A stretch of DNA of 64,000 nucleotides from Octopus vulgaris (lineage: Eukaryota), in assembly GCA_951406725.2 (NCBI GenBank), contig OX597818.1, positions 18,228,001-18,292,000 of the forward strand, read 5' to 3'. Below the pieces are notes generated by a model. The model saw only the letters and a list, made by a program, of their open reading frames with translations, made no database searches and had not been told where the DNA came from. Made by a program: the position numbers and the translations under genes. How positions within the stretch are numbered: position 1 is the first letter of the stretch; each line of letters begins with the position of its first letter. Shown piece by piece: positions 12,884-25,712 of the stretch.

Positions 12884-13987
12884 CTATATGGGATCCGTAC
12901 AAAAGCCCCACGGTAAAATTTTTCAGTTATTTTTTCGTTTTTAGAATTTTTCTTGTGCAGTTATTAGACTACGGCCGGCCATGCTGAGGCACCACCTCGA
13001 AGAATTTTTAGATGGCGGTATGGAACCCAGAAATTTTTTAAAGCTTGATCAAAACCACTTTTGTGATATAATACATTATTGTTTTTCTTTTAACTTGTTG
13101 CAGTGATTAGACTGCGGCCATGTTGGGGCACCACCTTGAGGAATTTTTAGTCGAATGTATCGACCCCAGAATCGTTTTTAGGTGATTTTCAACCAGCGCA
13201 TGAAGTCAAGCCTAGAAGGTTTCTCGACATGCTAGAAATAACAGTCAAATCTCTTGAAATGTTTTTATAACACCCCCTCGGTTATATTTTTTGGTTATTC
13301 TTCGTTTTTTTTTATTTTCTAAAAATCTTTTTACTTGTCTCAGTCACTGGATTGCGGCCATGCTGATGCACCGCCTTGAAGAATTTTTAGTCGAATGTAT
13401 CGACCCCAGAATCTTTTTTAGGTGATTTTCAACCAGCACATAAAGTTAAGCCTAGAAGGTCTCTCCACATGCTAGAAATAGCAGCCAACTCTTACAATTT
13501 TTGTTTTATAATTCCACGCAAACAAAAACGGAAATTGCGGTTGTAAAAAAAAAAGGATTTTCCAAAATTCCCCTTTTTAAGTAAAGAAAATATAATCAAA
13601 CAAAAAACGGTGTCAAAACATCTTTGTCCTACCGTGTGTTTCAAATATTTTCCTCGCTTTTGAATAATTTATAGTTTGAAAATGAAAATAAATTGACCTC
13701 AACATCAATAATAGAATAACAGGACTCCAGATCCTTTACTATTCAATGTACATATTATTTGAATTCTAACAAAAGGGAAAGCATTTTCTTCAAGAAATGT
13801 ATAGAAACAAAAACGATAAGAAGTACATTTGAACAACTAACGGCCGGAGAAAGTTCAAAAGGTGAATTTATTCTCATTAATTTGTAAGTGCTGAAAGAAA
13901 AAAACAAAATACTTTAAATATATATTTTAAAATGCTGATTTTTCTGCGACCAAAATTTCTTCAAGCTAGTTCCCTAGCATAGCCGCA

Positions 13988-16900
13988 GTTCAAAAGGATT
14001 TAAGGGCACCAAGGACCACCTTTTGATAAACAAGGTTATAACGAAGAACTGTAAACGGTATCAAAAAAACTTATGCATTGTCTGGATAGACTTCAAAAAG
14101 TCTTGCGACATAGCACCATACACTTCGAGTTACCAAATTCCATCCCTGTATCTTTACTGCATATTCGCACAGTCTCAACCAGCTTCTCCATTTCAGGCTC
14201 TGTTTTTTTGTTTTTATGAACAGTTTTAAATCATTCATGAAGAGAAGGTGGTTGAGACGAGGTCCATTCTTTCTCAGCTCATAGTGCACGATAATTTTAC
14301 GTAGGACTACAGAAAGTGGGATCAAGGCTATAACAAATAAAAGAGGTGAACAGGAGTCTCTTTGAAAGATACCTCTTTTGATTGTTACCTGGGCTAAGTG
14401 TTGGCTGTGTCAGGAAAGACGCGTTTTCCAACTAGGCATGCTGTTCTTAATCAGTGCACACACGTTCTCAGCTATTCCACACATGTCAAGTGTTTCCGGG
14501 GGAAAGAGTAAATTGTAGGGGCATAGAATTGCCAAACGGAGAGAGAATGGAAGACTCGGATGACGATGGGTACAAGTACCTTGGGATCCTAAAGCTGGAC
14601 AATATCTTGTACAGAAAAACGAAAGACAAGGTCATCACTACATATTTCAAGCGCATTAAACTTCTCTTGAAATCTAAGTACAACTCAAGGAACATTGCGA
14701 CTGACATCAACATATGGGCCGTTGCTGTAGTCCGCTATAGGGTACCCATACTGGGATGAACACAAGCGGAGTTTGACCAACTCGATCGCACTACCCAAAA
14801 GAAAAGGATAATGCATGGTGCCCTTCACCTTGAGGCAAATGTATACAAGCTCTACATGAAGAGAAGTAAGGGTATACCTGGGCTGATTGGCATACGGGAG
14901 TGCATCAACAATGAAAGAAGAAGCATGGCAGAATATTTGGTAAACAGCAAAGAAGACCTGTTACAGTACGCTGCTAGTGCAGAAGGAGTTAACAAAAATG
15001 AATTTGAGAGTGTTCATGAATTCCGAACAAGAACAGCCAACGAAAGATAAGAAACCCAACTCCGTATGGAATTACATGGTCAGTTCCACCGTGAAGCATC
15101 ATGGAAGTGGCTCCAGAAGGGTGACCTAAAAAAGAATACTGAAAGCCTAATCATCGCCGCCCAAGACCAGGCATTGAAAACCAACTCAGTGAAAAAGAAT
15201 ATATACCACACAAGTGCATCAGACCTCTGCAGAAAATGTGGGAAGAAGGTAAAAAGTGTGTCTCACATTGCTAGTGCTTGTGAAAGTCTTGCGCAAAAAG
15301 AGTACAAGCATAGATACGACAAAGTAGCCCAAAACCTCCACTGGCTGCTATGCCGTAAGTATGGATAGGAAGTTACGGGTGCTTGGTACTAACATACACT
15401 GGAAAAGCTAATGGATGAAAAGGGGAAGGCAAAGATCTTTGATTTTCAGACAGACAAAGTGTTAGAGCACCGAAGACCGGATATAGTAACCTTTAGGAGG
15501 GCCTAATAATCGAAGTAGCAGTGCTAGGAGATCAACATATCATCATGAAAGAAAGAGAAAAAGTTAATAAATATGCAAACCTGAGAATTGAGATCGCTAA
15601 GATGTAGCAGCTATGAGAGTCGAACATAAAGCTTACCCCTATTGTCATTGGAGCATTGGGCTCAATACCGCCCAATCTGAAAAAACCCCAAGGCGATCTT
15701 TCGTCTCTAGTAGAACTTTCCGTCGATTTCCGAAAAAAACTTTTTTTTTACATATGGGCTTGAAGTTACTGTCCAGGGAGAGCATTGATGTACATGTGTG
15801 TGTGTGTGTGTGCGTGTGTGTGTGTGTGCGTGTGTGTGTGTTTGATGGGGTGTGGGAGACAGAAAGTATGTTGTGTAAGTGAAGTGCTTCTGTTAGTGTG
15901 TGTGAAGAGACAGAGAGAGTAATGTGTGAAAGAGAGAGATAACTGAATTTTTTTACTCGGTGTATGTGTATGTGTATATGTATGTATGTGTGTGTGTATG
16001 TATCTATGTATGTGTGAGTGTGTATGTATGTGTGTGTGTATGTGTGTGTGTGTGTGTGTATGTGTGTGTATGTATGTATGTATGTATGTATGTATGTATG
16101 TATGTATGTATGTATGTATGTATGGCCGATTCAGTGTTTACATTATTTCGAGTTAAAACGAAAGATTACCTTTGCTGTTTATGTAACGGTCTGTTATGTA
16201 GAAAATAATGAGGTTGACTCAATGGAATAATGACAGTGATCGAAGATATAGACAAAATGTTTTTTATTTAATCGTTATACATGCCTTGTCGACTGCTACT
16301 GTGCAGCCTTAATGTCTCTGTTGATGTGACGATTGTGAAATGGTAAGAAAAAGACGGGAGAGTTATAAAATGAGGAGATATTCTTCTCATGAATAGATAT
16401 TCTTCTCGGCCATACATACATACATACACACACACATACACACACACATACATACACACACACATATACATACATACATACACGCACACACATACATATA
16501 CACATACACCGAGTAAAAAATTTCAGTTATCTCTCTCTTTCACACATTACTCTGTCTCTTCACACACACTAACAGAAGCACTTCACTTACACAACATACT
16601 GTCTGTCTCCCACACCCCATCAAACACACACACTCACACGCACAGACACATGTACATCAATGCTTCCCCTGGACGGTAACTTCAAAAGAACTTCCCTCGT
16701 CATAAAATCGCTTTCTCTTAGTCTCTTTCGCTCTCATTACTTCAAAAGTTCCCGCAAGCCCATATGTAAAAAAAAAAGAAGTTTTTTACGGAAATCGACG
16801 GAAAGGTCTACTAGAGACGAAAGATTGCCAACCCCCAAAACATCTGAAAACCTTTCAGATACCCTACAATCTAGATGTATTGCAAAAGTCGACATTACTT

Positions 16901-17048
16901 GGAACTGCACGCATATTACGTAAAGTACTGTCGGTCTGAAGTTCTTGTTTTGACTTGACAAACAGTACAAACCCCCGGTAGATACAATATCTTCAATCAA
17001 CAACCTCACGATATTGTATACTGTGCGACGTCTATGACGATAATAATA

Positions 17049-17087
<39 letters not shown>

Positions 17088-17090
17088 GTA
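13988..17090 (+). mobile_element. R4/Dong-like non-LTR retrotransposon, 5'-truncated and decayed
   Basis: RT motifs GTKDHLLI, WIDFKK, RGIFQRDSCSPLLF and HLLFMNDLKLF (the last two inverted), YKYLG. CCHC knuckle CRKCGKKVKSVSHIASAC, RLE motif HRRPDIV, C-terminus LQKSTLLGTARILRKVLSV* (stop 16937-16939) and a (TAA)n tail. Confidence 0.92.
15692..16829. mobile_element. Non-autonomous long-TIR DNA transposon nested in the LINE (Merlin- or MULE-like)
   Basis: About 430-bp inverted arms, 15692-16129 and 16406-16829, with GGC...GCC termini. 9-bp TSD aaaccccaa and aacccccaa. The LINE coding sequence resumes after 16838. Confidence 0.85.
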
Positions 17091-17097
17091 TTAGTAT

Positions 17098-17156
<59 letters not shown>

Positions 17157-17164
17157 ATAATAAT

Positions 17165-17849
<685 letters not shown>

Positions 17850-18254
17850 ATGTATGTATGTATGTATGTATGTTTGTATTTATGTGTGTGTGTGGGGGGG
17901 TTGTAATAATGAAGTGAAACCAAATATTGATATTTTGATTTCATTCGGTACGTACATTTCAGTTCAAGTGGTTTATTATATGAAATGCGTTCATTACGTA
18001 AACATGAAACGTACGTATTAAATAAGTTCAAAATATCGCTCTTTGGTTTGACTTCATTTTTACAACTTATACAACACGATGCCAGTACAAACTAGCCGGT
18101 CTAGACTCTACATATGCAGATACTCTAACAACTATTTAGAGTTGTCTGTTATATTTGACTCGAGTCGTAAATTCTGGTACCGTGCACCGTGTCTTAACTT
18201 AACGATAAAATGTGTTTACATACATGAGAGGCATAACCAGAGTTTAAAGTTAGG

Positions 18255-18492
18255 GTAAAAGTTACCTTCTCGGGTCATGCCGCCTCACAAGGGCCAGCCT
18301 CCTGGTTTCCATGGCGCACGAATTCCCTGCCGGGACGGGACGCGCAGGATTACTCATTTTTGCCAGCTGAGTGGACTGGAGCAATGTGAAATGAAATGTT
18401 TTGCTCAAGAACGCAACACGTCGCTCGGTCCAGGAATTGAGACCACAATCTTACGATGATGCGTCGAACACACTAACCACTAAGCCATGCGA
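18255..18492 (-). mobile_element. CORE-like SINE (D-related)
   Basis: Head GCATGGCTTAGTGGTTAG and GTTCTTGAGCAAAACATTTCATTTCAC. A similar copy lies at 22625-22872. Confidence 0.8.
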
Positions 18493-19330
18493 GTACATAA
18501 AAATAGGCACCGTGACACGTACCAAATTCATTTTTCTTATATTACGCGAAATGTTTCATTAGTTATGAGACACATAATTGTATTCTACATTCATTAATTT
18601 CATATCTCAGTACCTATGTCATTATGCATGAAACTTAAAACTACTGATATAACTAAAACGTTAAAAAAAATTGTTGAAAAGCGCCAATTTCGAAAAATGG
18701 TGCGGGAGGGAGCGATCATTCCCTTTCGTCCCTTATTAGCTGCGCCACTGGTATACATACATAATCCCATTATAATAAAGATTAATATTTTATTTAGTCA
18801 TTCCTTAATCTATTGTATATTTGTTATGAAGCAATAGTTCTTTTCTTTTAAAGATATTTTCTTTTACTTCACGTCATCCCCAATACAAAATAAAATCTTT
18901 CATAACCCTATAATCAAATGATGCTACTTAGAACAAGACATCATAGTTATTGCGTGTTCAGCCATACAGTTCTATTATAGACTATTTTTGTTTTCTATAT
19001 CGGAAACTTCCTAAATTCGTGTGCAGCATAAAAATTTTACAATGCGACATAACTTTTTTTCTTTTGTATGTAGGTGTGTGTGTGTGTGTGTTGCTAGTGG
19101 TAGTGATGTTGGAGGCGAGGCGGCATTGGCGCTGTTTGTATTAGAAGTTGTACTGCTGGTTGTATATTCTTCTTGCATGTATCAGCTTTCTTGCGTTTTA
19201 TTTTGTTATAGTCTTGTAGCTAAAGGTGGTGATGGTTGGTGATCTTTCTTTTGCTTTCTGTTTGTATTTTTTCTTTTGGTTACTTCTGGACATAGAAGTT
19301 GTTAAGCTGATGGCGGCGGTGTTATTATTT

Positions 19331-19644
19331 TCAAAGATTTTGTTTAACTTGAGTATCGGTGTCGTCCTTATTGATTTTGTTGCTTAGCATGTCGTAGTCG
19401 TCATCGTAGCTGCAGCCGCCACCGGCACCACCACCGGCACCACCACCGCCACCACCTCCTTTATCGAAGTCGCCGTCGTCTTCAACGTCGTTGTCGTTAT
19501 GATAGAGGTGAGAGTTGCGTTCCTGGCAGTGAATGGAGGGACTGCTTCCCTGATGAAAGTAGGCCGGCGGTGGTGAAGGCCGACCTTCTCTCCGCTGGTT
19601 AACTACCTCCCATTTCCTAGCTTGTTGGTTTACTTTGTAATTAG
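19331..19644 (-). CDS. Putative terminal coding exon of an unidentified host gene (PPxY motif, Gly/Asp-rich tail)
   Basis: TTTCAG acceptor (19645-19650). Phase-1 open frame NYKVNQQARKWEVVNQRREGRPSPPPAYFHQGSS..DDGDFDKGGGGGGGAGGGAGGGCSYDDDYD..KQNL*, 103 codons plus TGA. Unique and GC-richer than its surroundings. It is absent from the ORF track because there is no upstream start codon. Confidence 0.65.
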
Positions 19645-20021
19645 CTGAAATCTTGAATGTTTGAAGTTTGAAACCCCACTTTTTAATTTTTTTATTTTAT
19701 AGTAAACAAAAGTATGTTTAAAAATACAACCGCAAGAGCGCGAAACTAAAGAAACCTACCACTCCTTTACGGTCGTGGGAAAATGACTTTCGGCTGCCCT
19801 TCCCAACTCGAACCAGCGGGGCTAGACCGAGGGGACGGTAAAAGGCCTGGCGCTATGGCAATTTTCCCGTATCGTGACGATTGGCTCCTCATCTGGTATA
19901 CCACATGCTGTGACGCCTTCTCCAGCGAGGATTGGTGTGATTAGCTAACGACGTCTGAGAAAAGCAAGGCTGAGAAAAGCAAACTATCGAGATATTGGTC
20001 GCTCTCTGGCAGGTTTATGGT

Positions 20022-20070
20022 CGTGCTGAGGAAGATGAGGCTATTATGCCAGTCCAGAAATCGGTCCACG
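20022..20070 (+). ncRNA. Minimal type I hammerhead ribozyme motif
   Basis: CGTG-CTGAGGA-(helix II ..GGC tattat GCC..)-GAAA-TCGG-TC-CACG. Helix I is CGTG/CACG. Confidence 0.7.
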
Positions 20071-20218
20071 TGAGTCCAAATACTTGAGTGTATGCTGAGA
20101 GATTGTCTTAACCAGTTTGCCTTCGGACGGTTGATTTCTGTAGTTAGTATCAGTGTATTTTGGCTGTCATTTCCAGCAGGTAGACATACTTAGTATGTCC
20201 TTTGATTAATTTAAATTT

Positions 20219-20264
<46 letters not shown>

Positions 20265-20265
20265 A

Positions 20266-20305
<40 letters not shown>

Positions 20306-20306
<1 letters not shown>

Positions 20307-20625
20307 GAGGCGCAATGGCCCAGTGGTTAGGGCAGCGGACTCGCGATCTTAGGATCGCGGTTTCGATTCCCAGATCGGGCGTTATGAGTGTTTATTGAGT
20401 GAAAACACCAAAAGCTCCACGAGCTTCGCCACAACTTTCTGTTCACTCCACTCTTTCGCCACAACTTTCTGTTCACTCCTCTTCTGTTGGCCTGCTCACT
20501 TAGCCAGCGGGGTGGCGTCATTTGAAGGATAAAACAATGCGAAGCGCATTGTGACCATCGATGTGTAGCAACATCTGATAGCCTGGTCGGTCACGTGATC
20601 ACGTGATATATATACATATATATAT
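20306..20625 (+). mobile_element. tRNA-derived SINE family C
   Basis: GGAGGCGCAATGGCCCAGTGGTTAGGGCAGCGGACTCGCG..GGTTTCGATTCCC head with a TCACGTGA tail repeat, inserted in (TG)n/(TA)n. Confidence 0.85.
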
Positions 20626-20749
20626 ATATATACGTATGTATGCGCGTGTGTGTGTGGGGGGGGGTATGTGTATATGTGTTGTTTTGGGACCTTATGTCTG
20701 AACCAGTCGTACGAGTACTGTCGCAACATATAGCGTGTCTTATCCACTT

Positions 20750-20788
20750 TTAGAGTTGGTGGAACCAATCACCCTCCATGTTTGACCA
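20750..20788 (-). CDS. Candidate exon WSNMEGDWFHQL* (or a 16-nt microexon, 20773-20788)
   Basis: Strong (CT)n..CTCTGCAG acceptor. Phase 0 matches the preceding candidate exon. Confidence 0.4.
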   Translation of the reverse strand, partial: WSNMEGDWFHQL

Positions 20789-20982
20789 CTGCAGAGATAG
20801 AGAGAGAGAGAGAGAGAGAGGAGAGGAAGAGAAAGAGAGAGGAGAGGAAGAGAAGAGAGAGAGGGGTGCTGGTTCAAAGAGAGGAGTTGATGCAAGTACA
20901 GGACTGCAATAAATAGCAGTGAATTTATGTAATCTTAAACTCCCACGCTAGCTAACACGAAAACAAATCAATTGTTACGTAC

Positions 20983-21119
20983 TCCAGGGAACAGGCCCAA
21001 AACTAAATTTGCATTATTGTTAACTAAGTCTTTCGAAATCCAGGAATAGAGAGACCGAGTTGTTGTTCTCTTATAACTATTCTTTGCAATTTTCCCAACA
21101 TTCAAATTATCTAAAGTAA
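20983..21119 (-). CDS. Candidate internal coding exon TLDNLNVGKIAKNSYKRTTTRSLYSWISKDLVNNNANLVLGLFPG
   Basis: TCTCCCAG acceptor and GGA|GTACGT donor. 137 nt with only one open frame (phase 1 to 0). Confidence 0.5.
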
Positions 21120-21434
21120 CTGGGAGATTATTTAAATATCGAGTGGTAACAAGTGAATTGCGGTGCATACACATATCCATACATACATGCATACATACAT
21201 ACAAACACACACATATATATACACATCGATATATAGACATGTATGTTGGTATGTATACTATGTATGTCTTTTCTATTTTTTAATTGTAATAAATCTTTCA
21301 CTGAGGAGGGAGCCGGTTTCCAACAAAGATACAAGGCTCCATCTTTCGGATGTAGTTAATACAGATGTATGTATGTATGTATGTATGTATGTATGTATGT
21401 ATGTATGTATGTATGTATGTATGTATGTATGTAT

Positions 21435-21472
21435 AAACCTCCTACACTCAGATCCCTGAGTGTAGGAGGTTT
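21435..21472. repeat. Perfect 17-bp hairpin next to (TATG)n
   Basis: AAACCTCCTACACTCAG-atcc-CTGAGTGTAGGAGGTTT. Confidence 0.9.
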
Positions 21473-21644
21473 GTAAACTACAAGAAATAGACAGTTAGTA
21501 TAAAGAACAAAAAGTGGACAGTATATGATAAGATACAATAACAATTTATTGGCATCGAGAGTGATATACTTTTTCCCATATCGATGTTGCAAAGAAATTC
21601 GATAAGCTGATAGTTTCTATACAGCTCACTGTTAGCAAGCAATA

Positions 21645-21925
21645 CTGCTAAATATGGAAGAAAGTAGATATGATACCAATGGTGATTGGTGCATTTGGAA
21701 GTATCAGTACCCCACTACCAGCATGGCTCAAAAAGATTGGAACGAATGTAAAAATAGAACATCTACAAAAATCATCATTGCTTGGGATTAAAAGACTATT
21801 CTGCAGGATTCTTGAAGCATGATCAGTAAACAAGTGTCACGTTCATTTGCTGGCTGTGGAAAGATGACACTTTTCCGTTATACATAACAAAATAAAGCTG
21901 AGATTTTTCACGATAAAATAATAAT
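21645..21925 (+). mobile_element. 3' fragment of an R4/Dong-like LINE
   Basis: IPMVIGAFGSIS..WLKKIG..IEHLQKSSLLG..ILEA*. Confidence 0.8.
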
Positions 21926-22459
21926 TTCTTCATAGGCTACAAGTGCTGCTTAAACATTTAGGACAATATAAAGACAAAGACGATTAGGCATCTCCAATGA
22001 TTGAAGTAAATGACGGGAAAAATTTGCAAGTTCTCCGTACGTGTGTCATGTATATAAGACAAACTGTCTGTTGGTGCAAGTCATCATTTAAAACGTACCA
22101 TGGCCCATCAATGGTTCATTAACAAAATAAAAAGAAATAAAAAGAAAATACTAAGAAGAAAGAGACGTGAAGTTCACAATCAATGTTTTTTTTTAAAATT
22201 TGACACTTGATGGAAAGCAGAGAGTGGCTATATCGTTTTGGATATCGTACTTCTTCGGATAGTGAGTAAATGAGAGGGAAAACCTGGGAAACCTGATTAG
22301 GACAGCGACCAGACATGGCGACCAACACCGCATGGTTTCTTTCTCTGGAATTTGTTGCCCCCTTTTCTTCATTTACCTTCCAGAGTCCATATGTATATAT
22401 ATGTACGTATTTATGTATATATGTAAGCACATGTATGTATGCACATGTATGTATGCATG

Positions 22460-22592
<133 letters not shown>

Positions 22593-22912
22593 GTATGTAT
22601 ATATATATGTATATATATTTAAAAAGTTTCCTTTCTCGAGTCATGCCAGGCTCATGCAGGTCGGTTTCCCGGTTTCAATGGCGTATATATTATCACCTGG
22701 ATGGGACACCGGTCCGTCGTAAGATTATTCCGTTTTGCCAGTTGTGTAGACTGGAGCACCGGGAAATGAAGTGTTTTGCTTAAGAACACAACGCGTCGCC
22801 TGATCCAAGAATCGAAATCACAGTCTTACAATAATGAGTCCAACACCTTAACTACTAAGTCACACGCCTCTACACTCACACACACACACACATATATATA
22901 TGTGTGTATATA

Positions 22913-24142
22913 TTGGGTTATCCCATAAATAATGCGGTTTTTTCAGTTGTATGAACTAAAAGTCGGAGGGGGACGGGAAAACCTACCTGCGTCAACGTGT
23001 CCTTATTCTTAGTGCAAGCTTTGAAGAGTGCGGTTCGATTTTAACAGTAATTTTTTCAAAGCTATAATGGAAGCGACAAAGGAGTATATTCGGTATATTT
23101 TGATTTATGAGTTCAATAAAGGCAACAAGTGCAAGGAATATTAATGCAGTATATCGGGATCGGATAATAAACGTCAGCCAGTGTTAACGGTGGTTCCAGA
23201 AATTCCGAGCCGAAAACTACCGCCTAGAAAACGAGCCTCGTACTGCTCGATGAGGACGTCCTGCAAACTCTGGTGGAACAAAATCCCATCGTAACTGTTG
23301 AAGAACCAGCAAAGAAGTTTGGATTTGGTCATTCAACCATTCATCGGCACCTACGTTCCATCGGAACAGTCAGTAAATTGGGTCAATGGATTCCTCTCAA
23401 ACTTTCCGAGTCTAATCACGCGCAGAGAGTGAGTTTGTGCTCTTCTTTGCCATCACGTTTCATGAATGAACATTTTTGGACCAAATAGTGACTAGTGACG
23501 AAAAATGGGTTCACTATAAAAATGTCAAGCGTCGAAAACAGTGGATAGGGAAGGGAGAAACACTGGCACCTCAGGCTAAAGAAGGTATTCACCTACGTAA
23601 GGTGTTGTTATCTGTTTGATGGGGTATGGAAAGATTGAATCCACTTTGAACTTTTAAATCCCAACCAAACGATAACAAAGGAGATCTAGGGGAACAGTAT
23701 GAGCGGTTTAAGTCAGCGCCAGAAGAAAAACGACCATCTTTGGATTTAAGATGAAAGGTGCTCTTCCATCAGGATAATGCTCGGCCACATACAGCGATGA
23801 TGACATTCCAAAGCTGGAGCAGTTTGAATGGGAAAAGTTGCCCAACGCACCACATTCGCAGGACATTGCTCCGTCTGATTATCATTTATTCTGCAGTCTT
23901 CAAAATTATTTGAACAGAAAAAATATGAATTCTGTAGATGAGGTCAGAACAGTACTGGAGAAGTATTTTTCGTTACGGACAAGTGAATCTTGGAAGAAGG
24001 GCCTTGCAAGTCTACCAGATAGATGGAAGACCATTGTAGAAAACGAAAGAGAGTATATTTTAGATTAAAAAAGAACTTTACTTATCTTAATTTTGAAAAA
24101 TAAAAGAAGTATGAAAAACCGCACTATTTAAGGGATGACCAA
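22913..24142 (+). mobile_element. mariner transposon, full length, decayed
   Basis: TIRs TTGGGTTATCCCATAAATAATGCGGTTTTT and AAAAACCGCACTATTTAAGGGATGACCAA with TA TSD. Motifs WIPLKL, TSDEKW, HQDNARPH and SQDIAPSDYHLF. Confidence 0.95.
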
Positions 24143-24146
24143 TATA

Positions 24147-24222
<76 letters not shown>

Positions 24223-25314
24223 AATGTACAGATATATGTATATGTATGAGTATATATATATATATATATATACCAAATTCACTCACAAGTCCTGGGTCGG
24301 TCTGTAGTTGAAACTTTCCAATTGTGCCGCGCAGTGGAACTGAACCAAAAACCACATATTCGTGAAGGAAGCTTCTTATCACTCAGCCATGTCTGGGCCT
24401 ACATGCAGGAAAAAAATATTCTCCTATTGTGAAAAGACGTCTTCGTCATAAAAAATATTGACTGAAGCATAGATGCGATAAAATTATAAAATATAAATTA
24501 TTGAATAAAATATATACGTGATTAAATTGCAAAGACATTAAAAAAATGCAATTCCTGCTGCGTTACAAAATCTATAAATATATAGAGTTCCTAAGAAGGA
24601 ATGACAAGAAGAAAGTGTAGCTAGGAACCTTCGTTTGACTAGGGAATAAGATACTTTCTTTATCAAATATTCGGAATTGAAATGTGATTAAATCGTTTAG
24701 AAAGTAATAATAGTAAAGGTATTAAAAGTGAGGAGAGTCAACAAAGTATACAAGAATGGAGAAGCAACATCGTACAACAAAATTAAAGTGAAGAGAAAAA
24801 CCAAACTACAGATATGGCTCTACCACTCCATCATTATTACAACTACTGATTCGATTAGTGAGACTATTACAGCTACTACTATTACGACAAATACTATTGC
24901 ACGCACTAATGACATAATCACAATACTACTTCCAGCACCATAATACGACTTCTCCCAATATCACAATACGACTTCTTCCACCATCATAGTAAGACTTAAA
25001 TGATTTAGAATAGTGTACTTAGTATCAACATTGCTAGTAAGGGACGAAAGACAACTACCATTGCTGAAACTGTTTTACAGATATTACCACCAGCCAGCGA
25101 AAGGAAACGAACAACTACTATCATGTGAATTGTATAAGAAAAACGTCTGACCGTTCAAAGCGATTGTTATAAAACATTAATCTAATCTAATTGAATTTAT
25201 TTTCCGTTTTCTTATTGTATGACTAAATAGGCTTAAACAATTGAAACCGGTGAGATATTTTGATAAAAATGTGAATGTGTTCCTCATTTAATTCAGGATA
25301 AATTCATATTATAA

Positions 25315-25712
25315 TCTTTTCTACTCTAGGCACAAGGCCTGAGATTTTAGGGGAGGGAGGCCAGTCGATTAGATCAACCCCAGTACGCAACTGGTACTTA
25401 ATTTATCGACGCGAAAGGATGAAAGGCAAAGTCAACCTCGGCGGAATTTGAACTAAGAACATAAAGTCAGACGAAATACCTATTTCTTTACTACCCACAA
25501 GGGTCTAAACACATAGGGGACAAACAAGACCAGACAAACGGATTAAGTCGATTACATCGATCCCAGTGCGCAACTGGTACTTAATTTATCGACCCAGAAA
25601 GGATGAAAGGCAAAGTCGACTTCGACGGAATTCGAACTCAGAACGTCACGGCAGACGAAATACTGCTACGCATTTCACCCGGCTTACTAACGGTTCTGCC
25701 AGCTCGCCGCCT
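25315..25712 (-). mobile_element. SINE family A, head plus tandem second unit
   Basis: Full copy 25712-25480 joined to a headless copy at the junction GAAATA-GG-TATTTC. Confidence 0.85.

Noticed and set aside
20306-20382. tRNA gene
   Set aside because: It is a tRNA-like head that continues into a SINE body and tail.
20691-20788. In-frame TGA reading VKHGG*LVPPTLKVDKTRYMLRQYSYDWFRHK as selenocysteine
   Set aside because: It needs phase 1, but the neighbouring candidate exon ends in phase 0. The donor is weak, and I recognise no selenoprotein family or SECIS element.
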